From NCBI GenBank assembly GCA_012295275.1, contig CM022668.1, positions 3,658,001-3,722,000 on the forward strand: 64,000 bases of DNA, given 5' to 3'. Position numbers and translations under genes: made by a program. Source of the stretch: Chrysomallon squamiferum. Its lineage: Eukaryota > Animalia > Mollusca. Below are positions 15,009 to 29,040 of the stretch, piece by piece. Below the pieces are notes generated by a model, which saw only the letters and a list, made by a program, of their open reading frames with translations, did no database searches and was not told where the DNA came from. The stretch's first letter is position 1. Every line of letters starts with the position of its first letter.

Positions 15009-16513
15009 ACCCGTTCATCTCCAGTGTCATTCCCTTATCTAAAAATAAAAACTGATTAATAAAAGGTTTTTATTTGAAAAAAAAAAAGGTTGTCAGAAGT
15101 GAAATAATCTTGTCTTAGAAACCGAACTGATAAGATTATTCAAACAAATGCAGTTGGCGCCCGTTTCTCCCTTACACGAGCTGAATTAGATGAGAAACTC
15201 GCTGCGGCCGGCGTGAGCGCTCCGTGGTGGCGCCAAGTCCTCATCCAGCTTTATTCTAAACCTTATCATCAAGAGGAAACCAAACCAGTAGAAGAAAATA
15301 CGAAGAAAATAATGAACAATAACATAATGATAACGATAGTGTGAAAATGTGGAGAAAAAAATAAAATAAAAAGGATGGCAGAAAGAAAGGCTGAAAAAAA
15401 AGTAGAATTAATGTATAAGTAGTATATATATATATATATTTGAACCTTAATTTAATTTAAAGTCTGAAGTTTACTTTAATGTCAGAAGATCAATTAAATG
15501 CATTAACTTAAAGAGGCTCGCTGTATATGTATTGTAAAGAAAACAACGATAATGTAGATATAGTGAAAAAAAAAAAGCAGAGAAAAAGGCTTCAGTTAAA
15601 ATGCATTAACTGTAGCTGATAAAACATGAGCCGTGCTTTTCAAGTTAAATAACAGTAAAAACAACAACAACAACAACAGGAACAATAATAATAATGAGAG
15701 ACAGACAGAGCGATGGAAAAAGAAACATAAATGAAAATAGTACAGTCAAAAATATGATAAGTTATGTTTTGTTCTTGTTTTTCTATTTTTAATTTAACAT
15801 TTTGAGAATAATTTTCTGATAACTGTGTATGTGCGCGTGTGTGTGAAAACAGATATTTGACAGGATATACGAACATACGCTATATTTACTTCAGTGTTAC
15901 AGAGGTGCTAAGTTTAATATCAAAACTTCGTTCATTACAAAAATTAAAATTACACATCAACTAAGAAAACCTACACTCTAACTAACTAACTGTCTATATC
16001 AGTCTCTCTATCTCATTCTCTCATTCTCTCTTTCACTCTTTCTATTACTCAGACTGGCATTCTTTGAAACGCAGACGAAGACGTATATGATGTTAATAAA
16101 CTGCGATTTTATGTAATGTAATACGGCGTAACATGATATAAAATTATGTATATGTTAATGCGTATTGATATCAGTCATCTCGTGTAAACTAATTGTCAAA
16201 ACAGAAAAACAAACTATGAATTTAAATTAAACAATATTGCAGAATGTTTCTAAAATTTTAAAGTAAAAATAATAATAAAATGAAATACAATTGTCAGATA
16301 CATTAGATATACATAGATAGATAGATAGATGTATAGATAGACATATCTGAAAGATTAGATAAATATATAGATAGAGAGACAGATCAGAAAGATTAGATAG
16401 AGAGATACAGAAGAACAAAAATAAAATAAATAAAGAGAATAATATTATTTTGAAGATAGAAAGATAAAAGATGATATCTACAAACCAAACAAAAACCTGC
16501 ATGTCTGTCTTAC

Positions 16514-16680
16514 CATGTCGAAAATCTGAGTCAGAGTAAGTCCAAATTTGACCACTACGGCTTTGGACGCGTTGAAAACTGGTCGGGAATAAATGTTGTA
16601 TTTATCCAACAACTTTTTAAGAAGTTTTTGCTCGTCAGGAAGCTTGTGTGGTCGGTGCTGCTTTTTTCTTCTCACTCGAT
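16514..16680 (-). CDS. Alternative internal exon B of the same nAChR-like subunit (paralogue of exon A), N-terminal extracellular domain
   Basis: Polypyrimidine tract, then acceptor TTCCACAG|ATCGA (AG at 16682-16681, phase 1). Translates (D)RVRRKKQHRPHKLPDEQKLLKKLLDKYNIYSRPVFNASKAVVVKFGLTLTQIFDM. Phase-0 donor ATG|GTAAGA (GT at 16513-16512). By hand alignment, 27 of 41 residues are identical to exon A with no gaps. Confidence 0.9.
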
Positions 16681-16742
16681 CTGTGGAATCAGAAAATACA
16701 CAAATAAAAGAAAGAGAAAATAATGTTTTACACAAAACTTAC

Positions 16743-16946
16743 CATGTCTGTAATCTGAGTTAGTGTTAGGCCAAATTCCACGGTTACTTTATGGGACGCA
16801 TTGTAGACGGGTCTCGCGCCTGGGTTATAATCGTCCAGAATCAAACTTAACAATCTCTGCTCGTCCGTGGGTACATTAGAAACAAAAGCTGGAAGTGACG
16901 TCATAATTATCAGCACGTACATCAAGTTCGCTGACCGCATACTCAT
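16743..16946 (-). CDS. Alternative first coding exon A of a nicotinic acetylcholine receptor-like (Cys-loop pLGIC) subunit: signal peptide, N-terminal helix and beta1 strand (68 codons)
   Basis: Translates MSMRSANLMYVLIIMTSLPAFVSNVPTDEQRLLSLILDDYNPGARPVYNASHKVTVEFGLTLTQITDM. This matches the nAChR N-terminal signature (DE-x-RL...Y-N-xxx-RPV-x-N...V-x-F-GL-x-L-x-QI-x-D). In-frame TGA at 16956-16958 just upstream of the ATG. Ends at a canonical phase-0 donor ATG|GTAAGT (GT at 16742-16741), at the position where nAChR genes typically have an intron before DEKNQ. Confidence 0.9.
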
Positions 16947-17460
16947 ATGACGTAGTCAAGAGGTAAATCATCCGCAGCGTGGATGGCAACTTTAGAAAAC
17001 TTCATGAACAGACTCCAGGAAAAGGAATAATAGCAATACTAACTTTGTACGAGTAAGTAAATATACTAACAATAAAAATATATATCAAAGCATTTTGTTT
17101 TTCTTTCACAAACATCCACGTGTGTGATTCATTTGAAATTCCGCAGTCAACCCATCCCGGCGTACGTGAACTGTGAACGATCGAACTAGTGCTTTACCCG
17201 CATTTGTCATGCGCAAACAGAACTGAAAAATACGATCGTATATTCCTGACGAGCAGTCTCGGTTCTGACGCGTCGTCGACATAGGTCGATAGATTGTATG
17301 GGCGTATTCCGTTACAGACACACCATAGCCATTGGCAAAATACTTAGTGGTACGATACTGAGTAGAATCCTTAGATTCCGTAGTAACTGGCTAAACATTT
17401 ACTGGTCCGCTAAGTTTAATAACAATAATAATGAGCCGAACGCCAGCTGTCGAGAAAAAG
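16947..17460 (-). promoter_or_regulatory. Probable 5'UTR/proximal promoter of the exon A isoform
   Basis: Non-repetitive, CpG-richer block directly upstream of the exon A ATG, unlike the AT-rich flanks. The transcription start cannot be placed. Confidence 0.45.
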
Positions 17461-18909
17461 TAGACGATATAGAAAATAAAATATTAAGATAAAAATAAAT
17501 CAAGTAAAAGATATATAAAGAATAAAATAAAAATTGTTTGGCTGTTTCTTTCTTTCAGTATGTGTCTTGTAAGTTAATGAATCACGCAATGGGCCAAACC
17601 ATCTGTTTGCCTATCTCTCTGTCTGTCTGTGTATCGTTCTGTATAGGATAATAATGAAAAAAGATAATAATAAAATAAAGAAATAATGACTACAAATAAA
17701 AATATTAACTGAAACAATAAAATATGCATAAAAAAGTGCACCATGTTACAGAAAACAGAAATTTTATCAAAACACATATTGTTCAAAAAAATAAAATAAA
17801 ATAATAATAAAATAAATTATATTTTTATTATAAAAGATTTCAAGTGTATTTTTCGTTGAAGAAGAAAAAACACATACAGAAGAAAATAAATATATTTAAA
17901 ATCAGCACACAAGGAAACAGTGAATAACGTAGAGATAATATATGCATTTATTCCAGAAAAAGAAATAAAAAAGAAAGAAAGAAAGAAAGAAAAAAGCATT
18001 AAAGAAAGAAAGTAAATGTAAGAAAAAAAAAGTCTGATTGTTCAGGTCTATCGATAAATTATTGCGTTTACCTATGCATGGTGACTGAGGTGAAATCTTT
18101 AAAACGAGCTATCTGACTTGTTTATTGTCTGTTTCTCTATTGTTTGTAAAAATAAAATAAAATGTGTGTGTGTGTAAACACACAGACAGATGGGCGGGCG
18201 GACTGAGAGACATAGACGGTGTATTGTAGTTAATTTTTAATATATTTAGGTATCAAAGAGAGATATGATATGAAGAAGACTTTCTAAGACGTGTTTTGTG
18301 TAGGAGAACCTAACTGTTATATCACTTGAATGCGCTAATTCAGATTACTTCTTAATGAAACACACCTCACGTGCACCTTCCATGCTGAATAGTCTATGTT
18401 ACATGCATTAATAGAAGACACGTGAAATTATAATTCAGAAAGGAAGATTTTTTTGTTTTTTGTCTGAGTTAATTTAAGAAAATATTTGTTCTTTTGTTTA
18501 TTTATGCATTTTAACGGTTCCTAATTATCTAAGTTCTCTTGATTCATGTTATTTCCCAGAAAAGCAGCAACAGCAGCAGCAGCAACAACAACAACAAAAA
18601 AAAAAAAAAAAAAATTATAAATAAATAAATAAATAAAACAATAAGAATAACAACAATAATAATGAAAAAGAATAGGAAAATCAATGAAAGTTTAAGAACA
18701 ACAACAACTACCACAACGATAAGACGAGAAAAATAGAAAATCAGTAAGAACAATAATGATGATACGAACAGCCCAGCACAAAGATTAATAAATGGTTCAA
18801 CCTAGAACAAATCCCAATAGTCTTTTTTATGACTGCTTCTGGTTTAGGAGGTCACTCTGAATATCCACGTCAATTTCAGATTGAATGTAATATTAATGTT
18901 ATTGATATC

Positions 18910-18942
<33 letters not shown>

Positions 18943-21900
18943 CATCATCATCATCATCATCATCATCAACATCATCATTTTTACAAAGACAACGGAACAT
19001 TGTTTAGTTTGTTTGCCTTGCCCATGGTATTAGTGATATGCAATAAGTTAAGCCAACGTGCAACCTTTTTTTCATCAAATGCTGCATGTTAAAGATGCTC
19101 TGTTCAGTGTACACACTACCAATTATATACTAAATTATATCTATTGTAAAAGATACAAGTAATGTACCATTCACTGATACTTGTTAAATAAATTAAAGCC
19201 TGGCACTTCTGTATTAATTGTGTTTTATAACATATTGTTGTAACAATTCCCGGAATAGGAAGGATGTTAATTAAATGTTTTGTAAACCACGGCAGTACGA
19301 TCGAATCAGTTTGTTAACAACGAGTCCAGTCAGACTCTTTTATTTCAGAACATTCCAAGAACACGGAGACGCACCGCAATTAAATACAATTTCCCTAGCG
19401 CCGATGTCCGGTTCTCGCCTCACTCTCTTGCAATCCTAACATGACATAAGTGGCTGTATGAAAGTGTCTAAATTAATGAATAAATTACACAAGAATTTCC
19501 CCCTAAATCCTTCCTAACGATCCGTGTAATACAATGTGTCGATCATGCGAATCAAAGCCCGGCCGAACTTTTAATGGCGAATGCCGATTCTGTCGTTTGT
19601 TTAAGTGCGCCTATGGTATGAATAAAGATGATGCTCTATAATTGGTGGCGTAATTTAAGCAAGGATCAGAGAAGGGATGGAGGATCAGAAAAACAAAATG
19701 ACTGCCAATGTTTATTCCGTCAGACAGTGTTTCAAGAATAATAGTGTTTGCCAAGACGAATATTATGAAATTTTTTTTTTTTTTTTTTTTTTGATTTACT
19801 TCTTTTTCCAAATTTCGCCTGAGATAGAAACTACAACACTGATATTTTTGGTTTTATTTCATTAAATATGTTACTGCCTGGGATAGATACTGAGATGCCG
19901 ACAATTGAAAGAAGAGGAAGATGATGATAATAACAAGAAGATGGTGACGACGAGGAGGGAGAGGAGGGCAGAAAGGTTAGGTTATCCAAATCTAAAATAG
20001 TTCTAAAACTGATGATAATATAGTCAAAGACTAAATACTTCAATCGACCAACGCTTCAAACACATCGTTTGACATACAGTAAAAAAATACACTTTGACTA
20101 ACAACATGTAATGACGATATAAATATTTACAAATAATTTTGGATGAGGGCAGAAAGAAAAAATACCTCAGTAATTTATTTTCGAATATTTCAATAGTTTA
20201 TTCGTTATTTTTTTCTCATGCGTATAAGGTTTTGCATTAAAACTGTTTGATGTCTAAAATAATGGCAGTTTAAGAAATGAAGGTGACTAACATTGATAAT
20301 TACGAGACAAAATAAAGTTGTCCTCTACAACAAACAAAAATTGTTCGTAGATTAGCTGGTCACATTTTAGTTTATGATAGTATTAATATAATTCAGTTGT
20401 ACAGCATCTGTCCGCGTTTATATTTTCATTGAAATAAAACAAATTAATAATTAGATAGATCGTAATTTTCATGACTCAGTACATAGAATTAATTTTAGGA
20501 CTGTTTATTAAAGACGTGTGGTTTAAGCACAGAGTCACTGCGGCTCTGCTGACTACTGATAAAAAGGTGCTGCTTTGGAGAGAATGAAGATCGATGTTTC
20601 GCTGTGATTGTCGTTCAGATGTACGTCAACTTCTTCACGTGGTGAGACGACTTCTCCTAGCAGGCTTATTGACATCCCTCCTAGATTAAAGTTTTTCATT
20701 AGCTAAGAGACCTCGTCTCGACTCAGGCAAGGCCATCTTTGTCTTGGTTTTTCTGAAGGAAGTTGAGAAGTGTGTTTGATTGAAGCAGGTTGTGCAGGTC
20801 AGAGTATACTCTAGACTGCTGTAAGAATCAGCGATTGAAAACTCGACAGACGAGATTTACTCGAATACTACTTTGGGAACAACAAAAACTTCCATACAAT
20901 ACAAACTTGTAGTGTGTCTGGAACAAATCTCTTAAAAGCGGACGAATTTCCTTGAATTAGTTTGATACTTAACGCTTCATATTACAAATCACTGGTATTG
21001 TAATAAATAAAATCTGGGGAATAATATTATCTGTATGTACGTATGTATGAGTGTTTATATATGTTTCTGGATTGTATTTCATTTTGTGTGTGTGTGTGTG
21101 TGTGATTAAATAAATGAGAGAGATAACTAATTAACGAATGTTCAACTAAAATTTTATATATCGTCTTTTTTAACGTCTATTATCTCTTCATGACTCTTTG
21201 TTTCCTCACTCAACTGCATCTCTCTCCTCCCTCTCTTTCTTTCTATCTTTTATCATGTTTTCTCTGTATCGTCATTTTCACAATTCACCTGCGAACCCAG
21301 AGACCTGAAGGAACTCAATTAGTCCGAGGACAATAAACACGTGCAGACAAATTGACAAAGTGGCCAATCCAAACATCCATCACAATACCACACTTCTAAA
21401 TGTGTGTCATGTTGATGTCTACACGAGATTTAGAAAATTAATTTGGAAGTCGGGCTAAAAAAATCTTATTATGAAATATTCATTATTTGTTTCATTCAGC
21501 CGAAAATTTGCATAATTCACTGCCCTGAAGTGAAATAATTATGATGGAAAAGAGAGAAAGACCTTTGGTAAATAGGGACAGTATGTCGAGAATGATTTCT
21601 ATTTTAAAAGAGATCTGTCGTTAGCCTACATATAGGTGAAAAGAACTGTGAATTAATACAGAAATAAATAACTTTTATATCAAATGAATAACCGTAAACA
21701 GTCAGGCGTGTAAAGTATATTATTTAAAAACATAAAAGAGAAGAAAAGAAGAAGGGAGAACACGAAGAATATGAGGGAAAGAGAAAAAAATGTAAACTGA
21801 GATATACAAAAACCACAGTTTCCTACAAAAATGTATAGAGACCCTATGTAAATAACACTTCACAAGTTAAACAGTTTAACACTTTAGAATATGCTATTAT

Positions 21901-22314
21901 TGTTTTGCTTGAAGTTAAATCAATTTTAATCTGCTAAAATATATATTTCTTTTTATTTTTTCTTCGCCCCCCTTTTTAAAAAAAGATAAAAGAAACAAAA
22001 TTTAACATCTGCGCCAAGGTCATGTATAAACCCTAAAGCCATTTCTGAAACTTGATAACTAACCCGTCTTTGATGGCAAAAATAAAAAAAAATAATAATA
22101 ATAAATAGGAAAAAAAAAGATTCAAGGAGATTTAAAATTAAAAGAGTTATTCTACTAACAGTGTAATGTTAATGTAGAGGTATAATGATAAGAGTCAGTT
22201 AAAATTAATACTAATCCAAGAGTAAGGTAATTGCTTTTTAAGCTAATGAAATTCATAATGGCAGGTATTTTTTACTATTTTTTTTATTATTATTATTTTA
22301 ATGATTTTTATGTA

Positions 22315-22357
<43 letters not shown>

Positions 22358-25300
22358 ACGATAAATAAATAAACAGAGGACGAAGAGAGAGGAGAAAGAG
22401 AGAAACACAGTCAAACACAAAGAAAACGTAACAGCTTTGATGAAAGATGTAACAAAACACCTTATTACTGGAAACAATAAATACTGAACGATAAGAAAAT
22501 CCAGTCGACAATAAGATGAAAACACGGCGTCAGCTTAAACAGCCGTCTGCCTGGTATAACAGGCAGGAGGAAATCTGTGTCAGATTTGTGTTCGCTTATC
22601 AGGATTCGACCCGTCGACGGATGGGCCGATATATTACACGTATCGACATTTTGAATCACTATACTTTTTTCTATATCGCTATTTTATTTATAACTTCCTG
22701 CAAAAAGGAGTTTGATCGATGTTGTAGGTAAACAAATTAAATATTAAAAAATTATATTCTTTCGCAGTGTAAACACGCAGGTCACGTCTGATTTAATTTA
22801 TTTAAAGATTCTTTTTTCTCTCTCAGTGTTTTCAGTTGCTTTTTTCTTCGGGAGCGGCTAATTCTAGCTATAAGTGAACATTGGAATACTGTTCAAATAC
22901 ATTTTCCTCTCAGATACGTATTAATATATATAAACACACAAATGTAAACCAATAAAAAGATACTTTCGCAAACATGGCAAATAACAAAAACAACAACAAA
23001 AATAGATATTAATTTGGCAGTAAAATAAAAGTATTAGCGGTAATAATAGTAAGAAGAAGAAGAAGAAGAGAAGACAAATAAAGCAAGCTAATGCCCCGTT
23101 TTGCCGCGACTGCTGAGAAAAACAAAAACTGCATCAGAAAGGAATCAAAGATCTTCAAAAATTACAATCATTTTTTTTTTTTAACTCATATATTTTTTAT
23201 GTTTTGTCGTTTTTATTATTAATCTTCGCAAATCAATTCATAAATGGACTTTATTTCTCTACGTTCTTTCATTGCACTTCTTTTTTTTTTCTTTTTTTTT
23301 CTGTCGTTGTTTTTAGATATTATTTTAACAGACAGAGAGAGGCTTCTGAGGTTTAACTGAAAGTGTGCGATGTTTGATGTGTCTTGGATTTCCTTCCAAA
23401 GGAGTCAAGCAATATTCGTCAAAGATTTTAAGTCAAACAGAAACACAGCATGCGATCTCTGACAAAAATGGCAGATGAAGTCTCGATTAGTGGTTGACGT
23501 TAACTGAAACTGAAACGAAACACGGTTCAGTACTCGTGCCCTTCAAGTGAGAACGGATGCTGCGCGCGGAACATGCATCATAAAGATAAGACAACCGATC
23601 AGTCACAGATATTTTTCTTCTTTGAACGTTCAGTGATGGAAGATGAATCGTGGCGTATTAACAACTGTATAGTAATCTGGTTAATTGCAGGGGAATATGC
23701 GTAATGAACGCTATTAGATTCATTACCGTATTTTACACAATAAGCTTTATTACAATGACAACAAATGTATTATAAGTAACATAACGATCAGTCAAAATTG
23801 CAATTTGACTGCACTGAATACATGACAGCCCGACTCTGGGATCAATAACTGGTCACTGGCCTTGCTTTGTGAGTGATAAAACAGAATCATGAGAAAAATA
23901 TATTTCTAAGAAACAGCCAAGACATAAAACTCCTTTCAGTACAGAAAAATCTAGGACAAAAAACGATGAATAACAAAATAAAATAATAAAGTAAAAGAGA
24001 AAAAAATAAAAATAAAATAAAATTGAAAGAAAAATAAAAGTAAAAACAAAATAGATAAGATTGACATAAAATAAGTATTTCTTCTCCTTCTATTAACCCA
24101 GCTGCATTTGCCTTCTATTTCTTCATTCATCATTATCATCATCATATGATCATCATCTTCTTCTTCTTTCTAGTCCTTCGCTAACCAGTAATGTCTGTTA
24201 GATATTGGACTCCTATAGCGCCATGTTTAAAACGCTTTCTGAAGAAATCTTTATCGGTGAAAGATCAACTTACTGATTAAGCTGCATATTTAACTGAAGA
24301 CTATATGATTCGATTTGTAAATCTGCTACTTACGGTAGTTGAAGACCCGAATGGAAGAACCCCGAACCCTTATTTTTTGACTTTTTGCGGTTTTTGGTTA
24401 TATTATTCAATAAATTACTCCGGATTTATTGGGACATTCATAAATAGAAAATGCATAAAAATAATGTGAATTTTGTTGAGAGCAAACGGTTTTATTCCTA
24501 AACAAAGTAGGATACTGAAAAACTCGATGCTGCTGAAATGTGAGAAAAAATATACAGAAGTGAAGACACAGATTGATCGGAATTTTCCAAAGACGGCAAA
24601 AGCAGCATGAATAAATACGATTATGATGATGATAATGCAAGCCAAACGATAATATTCGTGGTAATTTAAACTGTTTATTTATGACTAAGTTTATAATGAA
24701 ATTGTCATACGTCATATGAATGTATTTAGCCAGAACATCACATTTGATTTTTGATTTTAAATAAAAAATAAAAGTGTTAGTTGACATAGATATGGTTATA
24801 TTTACATATTTTCTAACAATCCATCACATATTTTCGCAGGCAGGTTTTTTGTTACATGAAGAAAAATGTAGCTTTAGAGAGGATATCATTGCAATAAATC
24901 ATTAGTCTTTATACAGAACGATTCAATATTTCTGTTGATAGTAAACTAATGATTTATTTTTTTTATTTTTGGTTTTACCAAATAAATGTAGGAATATTTA
25001 TAATTTCTGTGAAAAACACGAGATAGTCAATTCTATAGCTACAAACAAATCTTTAATTTGTTAGCATTTGTGATAGAACAAAAAAAAAAATAATATATAT
25101 GTAAGAGCATGGAAAAAGAAGGTAGATAAAACAGAAGCGCTTTTAGAGTAAGAGAGAGTGAAACAGTTAGGTAGACTGGGCCAGGGTTGGAGAAACAGAG
25201 AAAGAATAAAGAATATATATATAGAGAGAAACAGACAAATAAAATATACAGTTACACGAAAGATACAACAGACACATTAATGTCTACTTATATACAGAAA

Positions 25301-26179
25301 GAGCCAGACTAAAAGACAGAAATTTAGAAATAAACACATTATTTAACATTGATCTGAAACAAATTTGCTTCTTTTTATCAAAATGAACAGAAAGTAATTA
25401 TTATGTCTGGTATGATTATGAAATCCTGCGACATTTCTACTGAAATATGTCATTCATTTTTATCTTTAGCCGACTCCTGATCTGTACTTTTCCGGCTAGT
25501 AATTCAAGGGAGATAATTTTTAACAGAGTTATCTAATAATAACAGACTTCGAAGAACACATGATATTGTACTTTTAGCACAAATAATATACTATTAGGCA
25601 TTTATTTGTAATAATAATAATAATTGTAATAGTAGTAGTAGTAGTAAAGCAGTAATAGGAATTAGTAGCAGTAGTAATAATTTATATACAGTATATATAT
25701 ATCTGCTAGAATGTTATTGACATTACCCTTTCTATTAGCTGGAAGAAATTGTTTAGTAGGACCTTCCCGTTTATATGGAATTAGCATAAAATGAAAACAA
25801 ATATTTCTTTCTCATCTTGAAAACTTTAAACTAAGTGGAGCAATTTAAGAGAAAATAGACGAAGAAACAAAGTCGAGTAAAGAGGAGAAAAGAAGTTAAA
25901 AAGAAGAAATAAAACGGAGAGGAAGGAGAAAACACGCGGCGGACAGTTAACTTATCTTTCTAATAATTCTGTTTAAAATGTGACTTATCCTTCAGTTTAA
26001 AAAAAATAAAGTTAATAAGATTGTTTGCAGCTGTTTTCTAATTAGTATTGTTAATTGTGTGGGTTTTTTGGATGATATGACATCAGTATTAGACTGAAAA
26101 GCATGATGATGATAATAATAAAATTACTATTATTATTATTATTATTATTATCATCATCATCATCATTATTATTATTATT

Positions 26180-26216
<37 letters not shown>

Positions 26217-26472
26217 CTGTTAGCAATAAATTTAAATTTTATGGGGTTTTATTTATTTATTTATTTATTTTTATTTTTGTTTGTTTGTTTGTTTACGGAA
26301 CATATAGCAGTAGAAGAGTAAGAAAAAGAAATTATGGAATAACGAAAGTTGTTTACGCTTTTGTGTCCATGTGCAAACTAGTATCAGAAAAATAGTCATA
26401 TTCGCAATAATTTCACTCATAAAATTTTCAGACACTTGTGTTGTATAATTCTCAGACTGTGGAGTTATGTAA

Positions 26473-26611
26473 TTTCCGGTCTGTGATGCAACAAGCTGAC
26501 AATGACGTCATCTGCCTCGCCGAGCTGCGTCGCTTTCCCGCTAAATGTTAGTTTCGTGTTATTCAGTCAACTACTTCTTGTCATATTGGTATATGTCTCC
26601 TAATGACGTCA
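26473..26611. promoter_or_regulatory. Candidate intronic enhancer: ETS-like site and two full CRE sites
   Basis: TTTCCGGT at 26473-26480, and TGACGTCA at 26503-26510 and 26604-26611. Motif match only. Confidence 0.4.
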
Positions 26612-27042
26612 TACTAGACGCATTGCGAGACAAACGTGGTGGAATTCTGTCTCTGTTATGCTGTGCTTACACTCTTTGTCTTGTGACTGTTACTGTTATA
26701 GACTGGTATTCTGTACCGGTTCTACACTGAACTGTTCTGCTATAGTCTATCTTTTGTCTAACACTTTTACAATGCTAACAGAGGATACGCTACGTTAACT
26801 GGATTCACCGACAGCATCGTTAATAAATAAAATAAAGACAATAAATAAATAGAGAGAGAGATAATTAATTAAGCAGGTAGGTAAGTTGAACTATAATTAA
26901 AAAACTGTAAAATATAAATGAAAGATCTTTTGCTTCATTCTCTTTTATTTATTTATTTATTTATTATTTCACACAGATACGTTTTAAGATCCCCACATTT
27001 CAGGCGAGTATTCATAACCAGAGAGAGCAAGAGAGTAGGGGG

Positions 27043-27045
<3 letters not shown>

Positions 27046-27141
<96 letters not shown>

Positions 27142-27155
27142 GGGGAGAGAGAGAG
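27046..27155. repeat. (GA)n microsatellite
   Basis: Direct reading. Confidence 0.95.
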
Positions 27156-27693
27156 AATTGAAATAGCATTAAACAGCTAAAATATGCAAAAACGAAAGTG
27201 AATTGACAGGTGTTTTGAGTAAGCTTAGTTTCTGGCTGGTATAGTTCGGATCTGTCCACTAAACAACAAAACTAACCAAGTCTGTCTTCAAAATCATATC
27301 ACTAGTCTGGACGTCACAAACTGACATTATTCATTTTCATCACTCAGGAATTATCTCGTGAGTTATCCCTCTTCTCTTATCACACTCTCGCCAGAGCATT
27401 TGATAACTCTGCTATCAAAACCTGCTGACATCTTACACGAACCTGTTGCTCTTTGCATAAACATGTCGATATACTGAATGCAGGATAAGGCAACATGACT
27501 GATCAAAGATGGACTTGAAAAGACGAACGTGGAAAGGTCCATGGCCTGATTTGACATAAAATTGAACAGCGACCATACAACTGAGATAACTCTAGGCAGA
27601 ACTATAAACACCATCCAAACTCAGACATACACTCAAGCACACAAAGGTACATATGTACACACATACACACTCACACATACATACGTACATACG

Positions 27694-27733
<40 letters not shown>

Positions 27734-28035
27734 CAAACTAATCGAGATGAAGTAACAACATGAACATAAGACGGGTCAGTATTTACCCCAGTAGCTGAAC
27801 AAGACAGAACTGATTACTAGCTTAGTTGTAGTCTCGCACGCAATCGACAGGCTGTGTAGGGTATTTGCGTCGTCGCCAGAGCATCAGTACATACGACTCA
27901 GTAAGAGATAAATTAAGAAAGAATACGAAAAACAGTATTACTATAAAATAATATACTTGTCTGTATGGAATGAAACTAACGTAAAACAATAAACAGAAAC
28001 AAAAGGAAAATTCAAGTTAAATGTAGTTATCAAAA

Positions 28036-28067
<32 letters not shown>

Positions 28068-28669
28068 ACAAACTAACACAATTACTTACTTACAATGAAT
28101 ATGACACTTAATTTGAAGTAAATTCCAGTACAAAATGCAAAGGCATCATTACATACGTCATGTTGTTAAGTAACATTATGACGTCATTATAATAGCATGA
28201 CCTTTAACCTAGAACTAAATAAAAATGAATGTAACTTAGAAAAGACGATTCTTAAAGAAATTACCCTCACCAACAGCAAATAAATAAACAAACAAATAAA
28301 TAAATAAATGCAGTATACAATATATCTTCTTCTTTTTTTTTTTTACTGATATCTGCAAACACAACAGATAAATACACTAAATCTCTTTTCCTGTATTCAG
28401 CGAGTCACGTGTCTCCAGGTATTTACAAGCAGTAGATGTGTCAGAACTAGTTTTCTGTTCAGTCCAGTTTCCAGCTACACACAACATTATCTGTAACGAG
28501 ATATGACGTCCGATTCGAACCAATGAACTGTTTGTAACATCTGTTTTATGACTGCGCAATCCCTTCGTTAGATGCAGAAACTATTCCATGACGCCAGGAC
28601 AAAATATACAGCTTTTCAGTGTTATCGTTGTGGAAAGTGAAAATGCAATAAGGACATATGCAGATAAAG

Positions 28670-28969
28670 TATATCTATATCTATATCTAGCTATCTATCT
28701 ACCTGAATGTCTGTCTGTCTATCTATCTATTTATCTACCTATCTATCTACCTATCTATCTACCTATCTATTTAACTATTTATCTATTTATGTACATATAG
28801 ATAGATAGATTGATGGACAGACAGATAGACAGACAGGAGGCAGGCAGACAGACAGACACAGGAAGAAGATAAACAGACAGAGAGATATATAGATAGATAC
28901 ATATATAGATAGACAGACACACAGACAGATATAAAAAGAGATAGATACGTATACAGGTAGATCCACAGC

Positions 28970-29016
<47 letters not shown>

Positions 29017-29040
29017 GGATGGATGGATGGATGGATGGAT
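28670..29040. repeat. Degenerate (TATC)n followed by opposite-strand (GATA/GACA)n and (GGAT)n tetranucleotide repeats
   Basis: Direct reading; orientation switches near 28795. Confidence 0.85.

Noticed and set aside
16514-16946. Assigning a specific subunit name, or calling it a cephalopod chemotactile receptor or AChBP
   Set aside because: Loop C, the Cys-loop and M2 are not in the window, so alpha/non-alpha status and ion selectivity cannot be determined.
17106-17492. ORFs upstream of exon A as additional coding exons
   Set aside because: No recognisable domain or compatible donor, and exon A has an in-frame stop before its own ATG.
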